A stretch of DNA of 64,000 nucleotides from Methanobacteriota archaeon (GTDB taxonomy: Archaea > JAADCQ01 > Methanopyri > Methanopyrales > Methanopyraceae), in contig JAMOPO010000015.1 in assembly GCA_027064425.1 (NCBI GenBank), positions 352,001-416,000 on the forward strand, read 5' to 3'. How positions within the stretch are numbered: the stretch's first letter is position 1; each line of letters opens with the position of its first letter. The position numbers were made by a program, and so were the translations under genes. The notes beneath the pieces are model-generated. The model made no database searches. It was not told the DNA's origin and saw nothing but the letters and a program-made list of their open reading frames with translations. Below are positions 9,698 through 19,381 of this stretch, in pieces.

Positions 9698-11046
9698 CGG
9701 GGGAACTTGGGTGGGATGCGCCCCCGGCGCTCGAACATGGTGGGTCGGTAGTCGGAGACGTCCATAACGGGCGCCTTGCCCAGCAGGCCGCCCATCTCGA
9801 ACTCGTCGCTCGGCTCCTTGCCCGGGGCGGGAATGATGCGCACGGCCGTGGGCTTGCCCGTGGCCACGCCGATGGCGGCCTCGTCCGCGATGATGCCGGC
9901 GATCGTCTCGACGGGCGTGTCACCCGGGATCACGACCATGTCGATGCCGACGGAGCAGACGGCGGTCATCGCCTCGAGCTTCTCCAGGGTCAGCGCCCTC
10001 TTCGCCGCCCGAGCCATCCCGGCGTCCTCGCTCACGGGGATGAAGGCCTCGCTGTAGCCGCCGTGCCGGGAGGTCGCGGCCGCGCCGCCCTTCTTGACCG
10101 CGTCCATCAGGAGGTGCAGGGCGGCCGTGCTGCCGGGGCAGCCGCAGGACTCGAGCCCGATCCCTTCGAGGATCTCGGCCACGCTGTCCCCCTCCTCCGG
10201 CGTGGGGGCGAGGGAGAGGTCCACGGCCCCGAACTCGACGCCGAGGCGCTCGGCGACGCGTCGCCCGACGAGCTCACCGACCCGGGTGATCTTGAACGCG
10301 GTGCGCTTGATCTCGTCGTGCAGGGTGCGGAAGTCGGCGTCACCCAGCTCCTCGATCACGGCGCGAACGACGCCGGGCCCGGAGATCCCGACGTTCACGC
10401 ACGCGTCGGGCTGGCCGACCCCGTGGAACGCGCCGGCCATGAACGGGGTGTTCTCGGGCGCGTTGGTGAGTGCCACGAGCCGGGCGCACCCGTGCCCGTC
10501 CGTCCGCTCGGCCGTCTCCTTCACCGCCTCGGCCGTGCGCTTGATCGCCTCCATGTTGATCCCGTAGCGCTCGTCGGCCACCACGACCGAGGCGCACAGC
10601 CGCTCCGTCCGCTCGATCGCCTCCGGGATCGTGTCCAGTACGACCTCGTCCCCCTCGGCGAACCCGTCGTAGACGAGCGCGGTGTAGCCGCCGATGAAGT
10701 CCACGCCGACCTCCTCGGCGGCCTCGTCCAGAGCGTCCGCGAGCTGCAGCGCGGCCTCCTCCCCGAGCTCCCGGGCGGCCGGGGCGACGATGAGGCAGCA
10801 GGGCGTCACCGCGATCCGCTTGTGAACGATCGGGACCCCCAGCTCCTCCTCCACCTCCTCGACGACTTCGACCAGATCGCCGGCCACGTCGAGCAGCTTC
10901 CGCTTGACGCGCTCGCACAGCTCGCTCGGGTCCGGGCTCGCGCAGTCCAGGAGGCTGACGCCCAGCGTGACCGCCCGCACGTCCAGGTTCATCCGGCGGA
11001 CCATCTCCACGGCCTCGAGCGCCTCCTCCACGTCCAACCGACCCAA
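9694..11046 (-). CDS. DUF711/UPF0210 (PFL-like) family protein
   Basis: LDVRAVTLGVSL, PFMAGAFHG, VGISGPGVV, DLSLAPTP, LEKLEAMTAVCSVGIDM. Confidence 0.9.
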   Translation of the reverse strand: MGRLDVEEALEAVEMVRRMNLDVRAVTLGVSLLDCASPDPSELCERVKRKLLDVAGDLVEVVEEVEEELGVPIVHKRIAVTPCCLIVAPAARELGEEAALQLADALDEAAEEVGVDFIGGYTALVYDGFAEGDEVVLDTIPEAIERTERLCASVVVADERYGINMEAIKRTAEAVKETAERTDGHGCARLVALTNAPENTPFMAGAFHGVGQPDACVNVGISGPGVVRAVIEELGDADFRTLHDEIKRTAFKITRVGELVGRRVAERLGVEFGAVDLSLAPTPEEGDSVAEILEGIGLESCGCPGSTAALHLLMDAVKKGGAAATSRHGGYSEAFIPVSEDAGMARAAKRALTLEKLEAMTAVCSVGIDMVVIPGDTPVETIAGIIADEAAIGVATGKPTAVRIIPAPGKEPSDEFEMGGLLGKAPVMDVSDYRPTMFERRGRIPPKFPR

Positions 11047-11062
11047 CGCGGGAGCCCCCGGC

Positions 11063-11335
11063 CTAGACCCGGTGCATCGCCCGGTACACGTCCTCGTGCT
11101 GCACGACGACCTCCACGCCGAGCTCCTTACCGACCCTCTCCAGCTCCCGGCGCAGCTCCTTCAGGCTCACGTCCGCCTCGGAGAGGTCCACGAGCATGAC
11201 CATCGCGAAGATGTCCCGGAGCACGGTCTGCGAGATGTCCTCAATGTTCACGTTGTGGTCCGCTAGGACGCGCGACACGCCCGCCACGATACCGGGCCGG
11301 TCCACCCCGATGACCGTCACCACGGCCCGGGTCAA
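11063..11335 (-). CDS. ACT domain protein (UPF0237)
   Basis: AVVTVIGVDRPGIVAGVS..NIEDISQT..QHEDVYRAMHRV; TTG start; usual partner of DUF711. Confidence 0.9.
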   Translation of the reverse strand: MTRAVVTVIGVDRPGIVAGVSRVLADHNVNIEDISQTVLRDIFAMVMLVDLSEADVSLKELRRELERVGKELGVEVVVQHEDVYRAMHRV

Positions 11336-11417
11336 CCCGGTACCCCCGACGTGGTTTCCAAACCCACGCCGAATATGCCCATTAGAACCCCGGTCGGGAC
11401 CGCGGACGGGGCGGATC

Positions 11418-12221
11418 GTGCCCGAGCTGTGGACCTCGATCCTGGCGGGGGTGGTACAGGGCACCCTCGAGTGGTTACCGGTCAGCAGCGAGGGCCAGGC
11501 CGCAATGGCCCTGATGCGAGTTATAGGAGTGCCCCCCAAGGTCGCGCTCGACCTCGCCCTGTGGCTGCACGCCGGGACCCTGCTGGCCGTGCTCGCCCGC
11601 TTCGCGGGACCGTACCTCCGCACGGTCGTCGGGCTGCTCCGGGGCGGTGAGTGGCGCCGGCTCGCGGCCTTCCTGATCGTGGCGACCCTCGCCACGGGCG
11701 CGGTGGGGTTCCCCGTGTACAAGGTGCTCAAGCGCGCGATCTCGGCGGCCACGGGCGACGCCGTCCAGATGCTCATCGGCCTCGCGCTGGTCGTCACCGG
11801 ACTGCTCCTCAGGGTCTCCCCGGCCGGGCTCCGAGACCGGTGGGACGTGGGGCTCGCGGACGCCCTGATCGTGGGGATCGGGCAGGGGTTCGCCGTCATA
11901 CCGGGCATCAGCCGCTCGGGAACGACCATGGCGCTGCTCCTCTGGCGGCGGTTCGAGTCGGAGGACGCGGTCTGGCTCTCCTTCTACCTCGCGGGTCCGG
12001 CGATGCTCGGGGCCACCCTCCTCGAGCTGAAGGAGGGGATGGAGGCGGTACGGGCCGTGGGCGCGGGGTGGATGGTGGGCGCGCTGACCACCTCCTTCAT
12101 CGTCAGCCTGGTCTGCATGGAGGCGCTCCTCCGGGTGGCCCGGCGGCTGGACTTCTCCAAAATCTGCATCCTGCTCGGAGCGATCTCGCTGCTGGTACCG
12201 CTGGTCGGGAAGGTGGCTTAG
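11418..12221 (+). CDS. uppP: Undecaprenyl-diphosphate phosphatase (BacA/UppP)
   Basis: GVVQGTLEWLPVSSEG, HAGTLLA, QGFAVIPGISRSGTT; GTG start 11418. Confidence 0.9.
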   Translation: MPELWTSILAGVVQGTLEWLPVSSEGQAAMALMRVIGVPPKVALDLALWLHAGTLLAVLARFAGPYLRTVVGLLRGGEWRRLAAFLIVATLATGAVGFPVYKVLKRAISAATGDAVQMLIGLALVVTGLLLRVSPAGLRDRWDVGLADALIVGIGQGFAVIPGISRSGTTMALLLWRRFESEDAVWLSFYLAGPAMLGATLLELKEGMEAVRAVGAGWMVGALTTSFIVSLVCMEALLRVARRLDFSKICILLGAISLLVPLVGKVA

Positions 12222-12233
12222 GGGGCGGGGACG

Positions 12234-12626
12234 ATCCCGCCCTCGCTCAAGGAGCTCGCGGCGGTGGCGGCGGGCGGCGCCCTGGGGGCGGTGACGCGCT
12301 ACCTGGTCTCGGGCGCGGTCCCGGAGGTGCGAGGGATCCCGATGGGGACGGTGGTGGTCAACGGGCTCGGGTCGTTCATCCTGGGGTTCGCGATGTGGGC
12401 GGTGAGCCTGGGGATGCGGCTCTCGCCCGAGGCGCGGGCGCTGCTGACCGTGGGGTTCTGCGGTAGCTTGACGACGCTCAGCACGGTGGCGTACGAGTTC
12501 GTCGAGTTGTGGGCGACCTCACCGGTCCTCGCTGTTACCTACTTAACCGTTAACGTGGCCACGGGGGTCCTCGGCGTCCTCGGCGGTGTGGCGCTGGCGC
12601 ACTGGGTCATGGTGGGGAGGGCGTAG
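12234..12626 (+). CDS. crcB: Fluoride efflux channel CrcB/Fluc
   Basis: GGALGAVTRY, GTVVVNGLGSF, GFCGSLTTLST; first canonical start is GTG 12264, ATC 12234 proposed. Confidence 0.88.
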   Translation: MPPSLKELAAVAAGGALGAVTRYLVSGAVPEVRGIPMGTVVVNGLGSFILGFAMWAVSLGMRLSPEARALLTVGFCGSLTTLSTVAYEFVELWATSPVLAVTYLTVNVATGVLGVLGGVALAHWVMVGRA

Positions 12627-12628
12627 GG

Positions 12629-12961
12629 TTGGCGAGGGAGCTCCAAGAGCCGGTCAAGATGAAGATGTACCTGCTCGAAGGGGATCGGATCGAAGGCGTG
12701 CCCGCCGTGGACTGGGTGCTGAAGAAGGTGAAGGAGCTCGGGCTGCGTGGGGCTACGGTGCACCGCTGCTTCGCCGGGTGCGGGCGACGGGGCCGCTCGG
12801 AGGCCCGGATCCTGAGGCACTCGACCAACCTTCCCATCGTGATCGAGGTCGTGGACGAGAGGGAGCGGGTCGAGCGCCTGGTGAATCTCCTGAAGCGTAA
12901 GGTGGACGTGGGCGTGATCACGGTCGAACGGCTCGAGAAGGCGTACGATCTGGAGGGGTGA
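12629..12961 (+). CDS. DUF190 (PII-like) protein
   Basis: GLRGATVHRCFAGCG, LSTNLPIVIEVVD-type motif; typical crcB neighbour. Confidence 0.85.
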   Translation: MARELQEPVKMKMYLLEGDRIEGVPAVDWVLKKVKELGLRGATVHRCFAGCGRRGRSEARILRHSTNLPIVIEVVDERERVERLVNLLKRKVDVGVITVERLEKAYDLEG

Positions 12962-12965
12962 ACCC

Positions 12966-14147
12966 GTGCAGAGCCCCTACGTGCGCGAGGCGGTGAAGGA
13001 CCTGGACCTGCCGGACGAGGTGGTCATCTACGACACGACGCTGAGGGACGGCGAGCAGACGCCTGGAGTCAGCTTCACCCCGGAGCAGAAGCTGGAGATC
13101 GCGCACCTCCTGGACGAGCTGGGCGTGCACCAGATCGAGGCCGGATTCCCGGTGGTCTCCGAGGGCGAGAGGGAGGCGGTTCGGAGGATCGCCAGGGAGG
13201 ACCTGGACGCGGATATCCTGTGCCTGGCGAGAACGCTGCGCGGGGACGTGGACGCGGCGGTGGAGTGCGAGGTGGACGGGGTCATCACCTTCATCGCGAC
13301 CTCGGACCTGCACCTGAAGCACAAGCTGAAGATGAGCCGCGAGGAGGTGCTCGAGCGGATCGCGGACACCGTGGAGTACGCGAAGGACCACGGGCTGTGG
13401 GTCGCGTTCTCCGCCGAGGACGGGACACGAACGGAGTTCGAATTCTTGGAAAAGGTGTACCGGACCGCGGAGGAGTGCGGGGCGGACCGCGTGCACGCCA
13501 CGGACACGGTGGGGGTCATGATCCCGGAGGCCATGCGCCGGTTCGTGAGGAAGATCCGCAGGGTCGTGGACCTACCCATCGGGGTGCACTGCCACGACGA
13601 CTTCGGGATGGCCGTGGCGAACTCCCTGGCCGCGGTGGAGGCGGGCGCTCAGGCCATCTCAACCACCGTGAACGGGATCGGCGAGCGCGCGGGCAACGCC
13701 GCGCTCGAAGAGGTGGTAATGGCGCTGGAGAAGCTCTACGGGCTCGACCTCGGCCTCAACACGGAGGTGCTCGCGGAGCTGTCCCGGAAGGTCGCCGAGT
13801 ACTCCGGGATCGACGTGCCCCCGAACAAGGCGGTCGTGGGTGAGAACGCGTTCCGGCACGAGTCCGGAATCCACGTGGCTGCCGTGCTCGAGGAACCCAG
13901 GACGTACGAGCCCATGGACCCGCGCGAGGTGGGGATGGAGCGGAAGATCGTGCTCGGTAAGCACACCGGACGCAAGGCGGTGATCGCCAAGCTGAAGGAG
14001 CTGGGCGTGGAGCCGGAGGAGGAGATAGTCGAAGAGGTCCTGCGCGAGATCAAGGCGCTCGGCGACCGGAAGGTGAGGATCACCGACTCGAAGCTCCGGA
14101 AGATCGTGAAGCGCGCGGTGGAATCGCGAGGAGATCGTGGCTCATGA
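12966..14147 (+). CDS. aksA: Homocitrate synthase AksA (2-oxoacid elongation)
   Basis: YDTTLRDGEQTPG, HCHDDFG, GIGERAGNA, HESGIH; lacks LeuA regulatory domain. Confidence 0.85.
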   Translation: MQSPYVREAVKDLDLPDEVVIYDTTLRDGEQTPGVSFTPEQKLEIAHLLDELGVHQIEAGFPVVSEGEREAVRRIAREDLDADILCLARTLRGDVDAAVECEVDGVITFIATSDLHLKHKLKMSREEVLERIADTVEYAKDHGLWVAFSAEDGTRTEFEFLEKVYRTAEECGADRVHATDTVGVMIPEAMRRFVRKIRRVVDLPIGVHCHDDFGMAVANSLAAVEAGAQAISTTVNGIGERAGNAALEEVVMALEKLYGLDLGLNTEVLAELSRKVAEYSGIDVPPNKAVVGENAFRHESGIHVAAVLEEPRTYEPMDPREVGMERKIVLGKHTGRKAVIAKLKELGVEPEEEIVEEVLREIKALGDRKVRITDSKLRKIVKRAVESRGDRGS

Positions 14148-14649
14148 GGAACTCGACCAGGTCGCTCGCCCTCCGAGAGAACTCGCGGAAGGCCTCTTCC
14201 TCGCCCCACCACTCACCCTCCACGCTCGCAAGGCCCTTGGAGACGAGCCTCCGGAGCGCCAGCTCCACCAGCCCGTCCCGACGGGGATCGCCCGTCCGGC
14301 CCAGCCGCACCGTCACCGCCCGCCTCCCCCGCCACTTCACCACCCTGAGAGGTAGCGAGCGGCCCCCGACCGGGCCCAACAGGTCACACACGAGGCAGGT
14401 CACGTACAGGTCCTCGTCCTTGAGGTACCTACGCCCGGACTCCAGCACCCTGCCCGCGGCCTCCAGCTCCCACATCGGCACGAACCCGCGCGGCCGGTAC
14501 CGGCCCACGTCCCGCGGGTGACAGTACGGTGGACCGCCCACCGGGCAGGCGAACGCCCGGTGCTCGATCTCGCCCAGGACCACCTCGCACAGGCTCCTCT
14601 TGAGCAGCTTCCGACAGTCTTCGCCCGAGAGCGACCGGACCAGGACCAA
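14080..14649 (-). CDS. Hypothetical protein (lineage-specific)
   Basis: Best-supported ORF filling the aksA-hacA gap; shares terminal motifs with 8204-8632. Confidence 0.55.
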   Translation of the reverse strand: MVLVRSLSGEDCRKLLKRSLCEVVLGEIEHRAFACPVGGPPYCHPRDVGRYRPRGFVPMWELEAAGRVLESGRRYLKDEDLYVTCLVCDLLGPVGGRSLPLRVVKWRGRRAVTVRLGRTGDPRRDGLVELALRRLVSKGLASVEGEWWGEEEAFREFSRRASDLVEFLMSHDLLAIPPRASRSSGASSR

Positions 14650-14675
14650 CCGGGAGACACCCCGGGGGGCCCGGG

Positions 14676-15908
14676 TTGGCCAGCGTAGCCGAGCGTATCC
14701 TGTCTGAAAAATGTGGCGAGCGCGTCGAGGCCGGAGACGTCGTGGCCATCGAGCCGGACGTGATCATGCTGCACGACGGGTCCGGGGCCACGGCCCTCCG
14801 GACCCTCCGGGAGCTAGGGACGGAGCGCGTGAGGCGGCCGGAGAAGGTCGTCCTAATCTTCGACCACTCCGTCCCACCCAGCTCGGTGGAGGCGGCCAAC
14901 CGGCAGAACGAGCTCCTCGAGTTCGCCCGGCGGCACGGGATCGAGCGCGTCCACGTGGACGAGGGAATCTGCCACCAAATCCTCGTGGAGGAGGGGTACG
15001 CCCAACCGGGCCGCGTCGTCTTCGGCGGGGACTCGCACACCCCGACCGTTGGAGCCGTTTCCGCCCTCGGGTTCGGCTTCGGCGGCACCGACATGGCCTT
15101 CACGCTGCTGTACGGTGAGCTCTGGATCCGCGTACCCCGGACCATCCGAGTACACGTGACCGGGGAGCTCGAGGCGGGGGTCACGGCGAAGGACCTGGCC
15201 CTAACCATCGTCGGCGAGCTGGGGGCCGGGTACGCGGACTACGCCGTTCTCGAGTACACCGGCCTGCCGGAGCGCCTGCCCACGGGCGACCGAATGTGCC
15301 TGTGTAACCTGGCCACGGAGGCGGGGGCCAAGTCCGCCTACGTACCGCCCAAGGACGGTCCCGAGGACCTGCGGCCCGGGGACGCCGACGAGGTCGTCGA
15401 GGTCGACGCCTCAGAGGTCGAGCCGGTCGTCTCCGTCCCGGACGCCGTGGACGACGTGAGGCCGGTCGGAGACGTGCAGGGCACCGAGATCACCCGGGTG
15501 TTCGTCGGCTCGTGCACCAACGGTCGGTACCGGGACGTTAGGGCGTTCACGGAGGCGCTGGACGCGCTCGGCGGCCCCGACTCGGACGTCCGAGTCGTGG
15601 TCGTGCCGGCCTCCCGACGCGTTCTGCTCAAGCTGACCCGGGACGGGACCCTGGAGCGCCTCCTCGAGCTCGATGTGACCGTGGCCCCGCCCGGGTGCGG
15701 TCCCTGTCTGGGCGAGCACATGGGCGTGCTGGGCGACGACGACGTGTGCGTCTCCACCGCCAACCGCAACTTCCCGGGCCGAATGGGGTCGACCGAGGCC
15801 GACATCTACCTGGCCAGCCCGCTCACCGCGGCCGTGGCCGCCGCCCTGGGGGAGCTCGCGGACCCGCGCGAGGAGCTCCCCGACAGCGTGCTGGAACGGG
15901 TGGGATGA
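14676..15908 (+). CDS. Homoaconitase/isopropylmalate dehydratase large subunit (HacA/LeuC)
   Basis: DHSVP, GICHQ, GGDSHT, GSCTNGR, PGCGPCLG, STANRNFPGRMG. Confidence 0.92.
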   Translation: MASVAERILSEKCGERVEAGDVVAIEPDVIMLHDGSGATALRTLRELGTERVRRPEKVVLIFDHSVPPSSVEAANRQNELLEFARRHGIERVHVDEGICHQILVEEGYAQPGRVVFGGDSHTPTVGAVSALGFGFGGTDMAFTLLYGELWIRVPRTIRVHVTGELEAGVTAKDLALTIVGELGAGYADYAVLEYTGLPERLPTGDRMCLCNLATEAGAKSAYVPPKDGPEDLRPGDADEVVEVDASEVEPVVSVPDAVDDVRPVGDVQGTEITRVFVGSCTNGRYRDVRAFTEALDALGGPDSDVRVVVVPASRRVLLKLTRDGTLERLLELDVTVAPPGCGPCLGEHMGVLGDDDVCVSTANRNFPGRMGSTEADIYLASPLTAAVAAALGELADPREELPDSVLERVG

Positions 15909-15911
15909 GCC

Positions 15912-16415
15912 GTGAGGTGGGAGGGACGCGCCTGGGTGTTCGGCGACGACGTTGACACGGACCAGATCATCCCGGGCCGCTACCTCCGGCGGGTCTCCTA
16001 CGACGAGCTGGGCAGGTACGCGATGACGGGGGCGGACCCGGAGTTCCCGGAGAAGGTCCGGGAGGGTGACATCATCGTCGCGGGCCGGAACTTCGGGTGC
16101 GGCTCCTCCCGGGAGCAGGCGGTCATGGCGCTGCAGCAGGCCGGGGTCGCGTGCGTCGTCGCACGCTCCTTCGCTCGGATCTTTTACCGGAACGCTCTGA
16201 ACCGGGGTCTGCCGACGATCGAGGCGCGCGGGGATCCCACGGAGGTCGTTGAGGACCGTGAGAGGGTCGTCGTCGACCTGGACGAGCTCGTTCTGAGGAC
16301 AGGGTCGGGCGAGGTGCCCCTCCGCGAGCCACCCGAGTTCGCCCTGAGGGCCTGGCGAGAGGGCGGTCTGCTGGAGCTTGCCAGGGAGGACCCGGAGCGG
16401 CCGCCGTGGCGATGA
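15912..16415 (+). CDS. Homoaconitase/isopropylmalate dehydratase small subunit (HacB/LeuD)
   Basis: GDDVDTDQIIPGRYLRR, GRNFGCGSSREQA; the polar YLRR loop favours homoaconitase. Confidence 0.92.
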   Translation: MRWEGRAWVFGDDVDTDQIIPGRYLRRVSYDELGRYAMTGADPEFPEKVREGDIIVAGRNFGCGSSREQAVMALQQAGVACVVARSFARIFYRNALNRGLPTIEARGDPTEVVEDRERVVVDLDELVLRTGSGEVPLREPPEFALRAWREGGLLELAREDPERPPWR

Positions 16416-16800
16416 CGCCGAGCTGCGCCTCCTCCTGCGGGCCGTCAGGGAGTTGGGCGCGAGCCGGGTCGTGGAGGTGGGCCACGGGAGGAACCTACGG
16501 TACCTCTCGTTCCTGCGAGAGCACGGGGTGGACGCGGTCGGGGTCGAGACGCGAACCGAGCACGTCCGGAGGGCGCTGGCTCGGGGCCTACCCTCGGTGA
16601 ACGTGGACGCGGTCGGGGAATCGGGCTGGGTCAGGCGGGTGCTGAGGCCCGACCTGGTCTACTCGGCGCGGCCCCCGGTGGAGCTGGCTCTGGGCCTCTT
16701 GAGGGAGTATTCCCCGGTGCTGCTGAGAATGAGGGAGGAAGAGCGGTGGGAGCTGCCGGAGCCGACCCGCCGGTTGGGACCCTGGGACCTCTACGCCTAG
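16378..16800 (+). CDS. UPF0146-like Rossmann-fold protein
   Basis: RVVEVGHG and DLVYSARPPVEL motifs; start uncertain. Confidence 0.7.
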   Translation: MPGRTRSGRRGDDAELRLLLRAVRELGASRVVEVGHGRNLRYLSFLREHGVDAVGVETRTEHVRRALARGLPSVNVDAVGESGWVRRVLRPDLVYSARPPVELALGLLREYSPVLLRMREEERWELPEPTRRLGPWDLYA

Positions 16801-17909
16801 AGGTACTCCCGGACACGGTCGTACAGGACCGAGCCCGCGGCCAGGAAGCCCAGCGTAAAGCCCAGCAGGATGAGCAGGTCCACGGGGTCCAGGTAGCCCA
16901 GCAGCGCGGCCTTCCGGGCCGCGTCACCCATGTAGTACATCGGGTTGATGAGGGCGAACGCCCGGGCCCAGCCCGGCATGACGCTGATCGGCATGAAAAT
17001 GCCGGAGAGGAACATCATCGGGATGGTCACCGCGCCCGTGGCCATCTCCGCGACCTCGGAGCGGCCGGCGAGCGACGCCATGAGGAGGCCGAGCCCGACC
17101 ATCGTGGCGGCGGATAGCGCCCCCACCAGGAACAGCAGGACGGGGTGGAGGATCTTCGCGCCCAGGGCCAGCGCGACGAGCACGACGATCGCGCACCTGA
17201 CGCATCCCCAGATGGTCATGTTCACGAACCGGCCGATGACGACGTCCCGCGCCCGGATGGGGGCCGCGAAGAGGGCGTAGGCCACGCCCAGCTCGATCTC
17301 CTCCATCATGAGGCGCCCGAGCCCGAAGATGGAGCCCATCGCCGCGGTCATGACGGCCAGTCCCGGGACCAGGTAGTCGAAGTACTTCATTCCCTTCACC
17401 GGCGTTTGCACGCGAAACGGGTTGAACTGCGGCACGTGGACGGGCCGCTCGGGCGCCGCTTTCAGCACCGGGGCCAGCCGCCTCACGGAGGACTTGACGG
17501 TGCCCGCCACGTGCCTCGCCCAGGACCGCTGGATCTTGTTCAGGACGTACCGGGAGCCCATCGGATCGGTTGGATCGTAATAGACCGTGGCCTTGCGGTC
17601 CGGGAACCCGGACGGCAGGTACAGAAAGACCGAGGCCGAGCCCCGCCGAACCAGGTCGCGTCCCTCTCGAACGCTCTTCACGTGGATCAGGTGGATCCGA
17701 TGATCGCACCTCAGCTGGTCAACGATCGGGTCCCCGGCGCCCGAGTCGTGCCGGAGGATCGCGACGTTGACGCTGGTTGGCTTCACGTCGTGGAAGGCCC
17801 CGTACATCACGATCATCATGACGATGGGCGTGACGATGGTGACCGTCACCCGCCTCCGGTCCTTCACCCAGGCCTTGAAGTCCCGGGCGGCGATCGTGCG
17901 CCAGCTCAC
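16797..17909 (-). CDS. ABC-2 type exporter permease
   Basis: YFDYLVPGL, PMMFLSGIFMP, INPMYY; multiple TM segments. Confidence 0.9.
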   Translation of the reverse strand: MSWRTIAARDFKAWVKDRRRVTVTIVTPIVMMIVMYGAFHDVKPTSVNVAILRHDSGAGDPIVDQLRCDHRIHLIHVKSVREGRDLVRRGSASVFLYLPSGFPDRKATVYYDPTDPMGSRYVLNKIQRSWARHVAGTVKSSVRRLAPVLKAAPERPVHVPQFNPFRVQTPVKGMKYFDYLVPGLAVMTAAMGSIFGLGRLMMEEIELGVAYALFAAPIRARDVVIGRFVNMTIWGCVRCAIVVLVALALGAKILHPVLLFLVGALSAATMVGLGLLMASLAGRSEVAEMATGAVTIPMMFLSGIFMPISVMPGWARAFALINPMYYMGDAARKAALLGYLDPVDLLILLGFTLGFLAAGSVLYDRVREYL

Positions 17910-17913
17910 GCCC

Positions 17914-18621
17914 TCACTCCCCCGCCACCTGCGCCGCGACGGACCGGTACGCGTCCAGCACGGACCCGTGCTCGCTCATCAGCCGGTCGAACGGCTCGTC
18001 CAGGGCCTTGCGGCCCTCCAGGAAGATCAGGACGCGGTCCGGCTCCAGCTGCTCCACCTCGTGAACGTCGTGGGAGACGTAGAGGACCGTCGTCCCCGAC
18101 TCGTTGTACTCGCGCACGGCCTCTATCACGTCCTGCCGGGCCGTCGGGTCCAGCTCGTTGGTCGGTTCGTCGAGCACCAGGATCTCGGGCCGGAGGGCGA
18201 GGGCCAGGGCGACGGCGGCGCGCTTCCGCATGCCGCCGGAGAGGTGCTCCACGCGCCGGTCCATGTACTCGTGCACCTCCAGGAGCTCGAACGGCTCCTC
18301 GTCCGGCTCGACACCGTACAGCTCGGCGTAGAACCGGACGTTCTCCCGAACGGTCTGCTCGAGGTACAGCCCTCCCTGCTGAGGCACGATGGAGACGCGG
18401 CGCTTGATGTCCGGGTCGGACGGGTCGCCCCCCAGGACGCGGATCTCGCCCCTGGTGGGCCTGGTGACGCCGCACACGATCTTGATGAACGTGGACTTGC
18501 CGGCACCGTTGGGGCCGAGGATGGCCACGAGCTCTCCCCGGTCTATGTCGACGTTCACGGAGCGGAGGGCGACGACCCGCCCGTACTCCTTCCACAGGTT
18601 CGTGGCCTGGACGGCGGACAA
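17914..18621 (-). CDS. ABC transporter ATP-binding protein
   Basis: GPNGAGKST, LSGGMRKR, LVLDEPT, SHD; TTG start 18621 after SD. Confidence 0.92.
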   Translation of the reverse strand: MSAVQATNLWKEYGRVVALRSVNVDIDRGELVAILGPNGAGKSTFIKIVCGVTRPTRGEIRVLGGDPSDPDIKRRVSIVPQQGGLYLEQTVRENVRFYAELYGVEPDEEPFELLEVHEYMDRRVEHLSGGMRKRAAVALALALRPEILVLDEPTNELDPTARQDVIEAVREYNESGTTVLYVSHDVHEVEQLEPDRVLIFLEGRKALDEPFDRLMSEHGSVLDAYRSVAAQVAGE

Positions 18622-18692
18622 GGTGACCCCCCGCGGCGTCGCCCGGCCGCCCACGCCTTTGGTCATTCACCCGGGGACCGCGGTTGGAGGAG

Positions 18693-18717
18693 GGTCGTTT
18701 CGAACATCGTAACGATT
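18693..18717. repeat. Dispersed palindrome, copy 2 (GGTCGTTTCGA-ACA-TCGTAACGATT)
   Basis: Downstream of macrodomain gene stop, upstream of ABC ATPase. Confidence 0.8.
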
Positions 18718-18733
18718 CGTCCGGCGGGAGGGC

Positions 18734-19273
18734 TCAGCGCAGGGCCTCAGCGAACGCCTCCGCCAGCTCCTCCTCGTACCCCACCAGGAAGACCCTGCGA
18801 ACCCGCTCGAGCTCCGGAGCCAGCTCCCGGATAACGCCGACCATGGTCTCCGCGGCGTCCTCGTAGGGGACGCCGCCGACCCCGGTTCCCATCCCCGGGA
18901 ACGCGACGGACTCCACGCCCAGCTCCTCCGCCTTTTCCAGCGCCGCCCGGGTGGCCTTCTCGACGTTCTCCACGCCGATCCGCTGGGCCGGCCGCTCCAT
19001 GGTGGGTGCGTGGATGACGTACTCCGCGCTCAGCCGGCCCGCGGTCGTGGCGACGGCTTCACCCACGGGGATCGGCGCCTTCTCGCGCGCCTCGCGCTCG
19101 ATCTCCTCCCCTCCCTTCTCCTTGATCGCGGCCGCCACGCCGCCTCCCATCACGCCCTGGCTGTTGGCCGGGTTCACGATCGCGTCCGCGTCCTCCAGCT
19201 CGGTGATGTCGCCCTGGAGGACGATCACCTCAACCCCTTCCACTTCGGTGCGGAACACCTCCTTCAGGGGCAA
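18734..19273 (-). CDS. Macrodomain (ADP-ribose-binding, AF1521/UPF0189) protein
   Basis: QGDIT, AIVNPANS..MGGGVA, VIHAPTM, AFPGMGTGVGG; TTG start after GGGGGTG. Confidence 0.92.
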   Translation of the reverse strand: MPLKEVFRTEVEGVEVIVLQGDITELEDADAIVNPANSQGVMGGGVAAAIKEKGGEEIEREAREKAPIPVGEAVATTAGRLSAEYVIHAPTMERPAQRIGVENVEKATRAALEKAEELGVESVAFPGMGTGVGGVPYEDAAETMVGVIRELAPELERVRRVFLVGYEEELAEAFAEALR

Positions 19274-19288
19274 GCGCCGGCACCCCCA

Positions 19289-19359
19289 GCCTCGGGAACC
19301 CCGTCGTATCTTCATCACTACGCCCGGGACTCCGCTGGCGCGGTGCTCCTCATCGGCCT
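19289..19359 (-). ncRNA. Candidate C/D box guide sRNA
   Basis: Minus strand: CCGATGA-15nt-CGGA..GTGATGA-16nt-CCGA. Confidence 0.55.
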
Positions 19360-19381
19360 ACGGGGGCGCCGGGCGGGCCGG

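Noticed and set aside
11336-11417. Fluoride riboswitch upstream of the uppP-crcB unit
   Set aside because: No GGCGAUGG..CUAAUG-type consensus found
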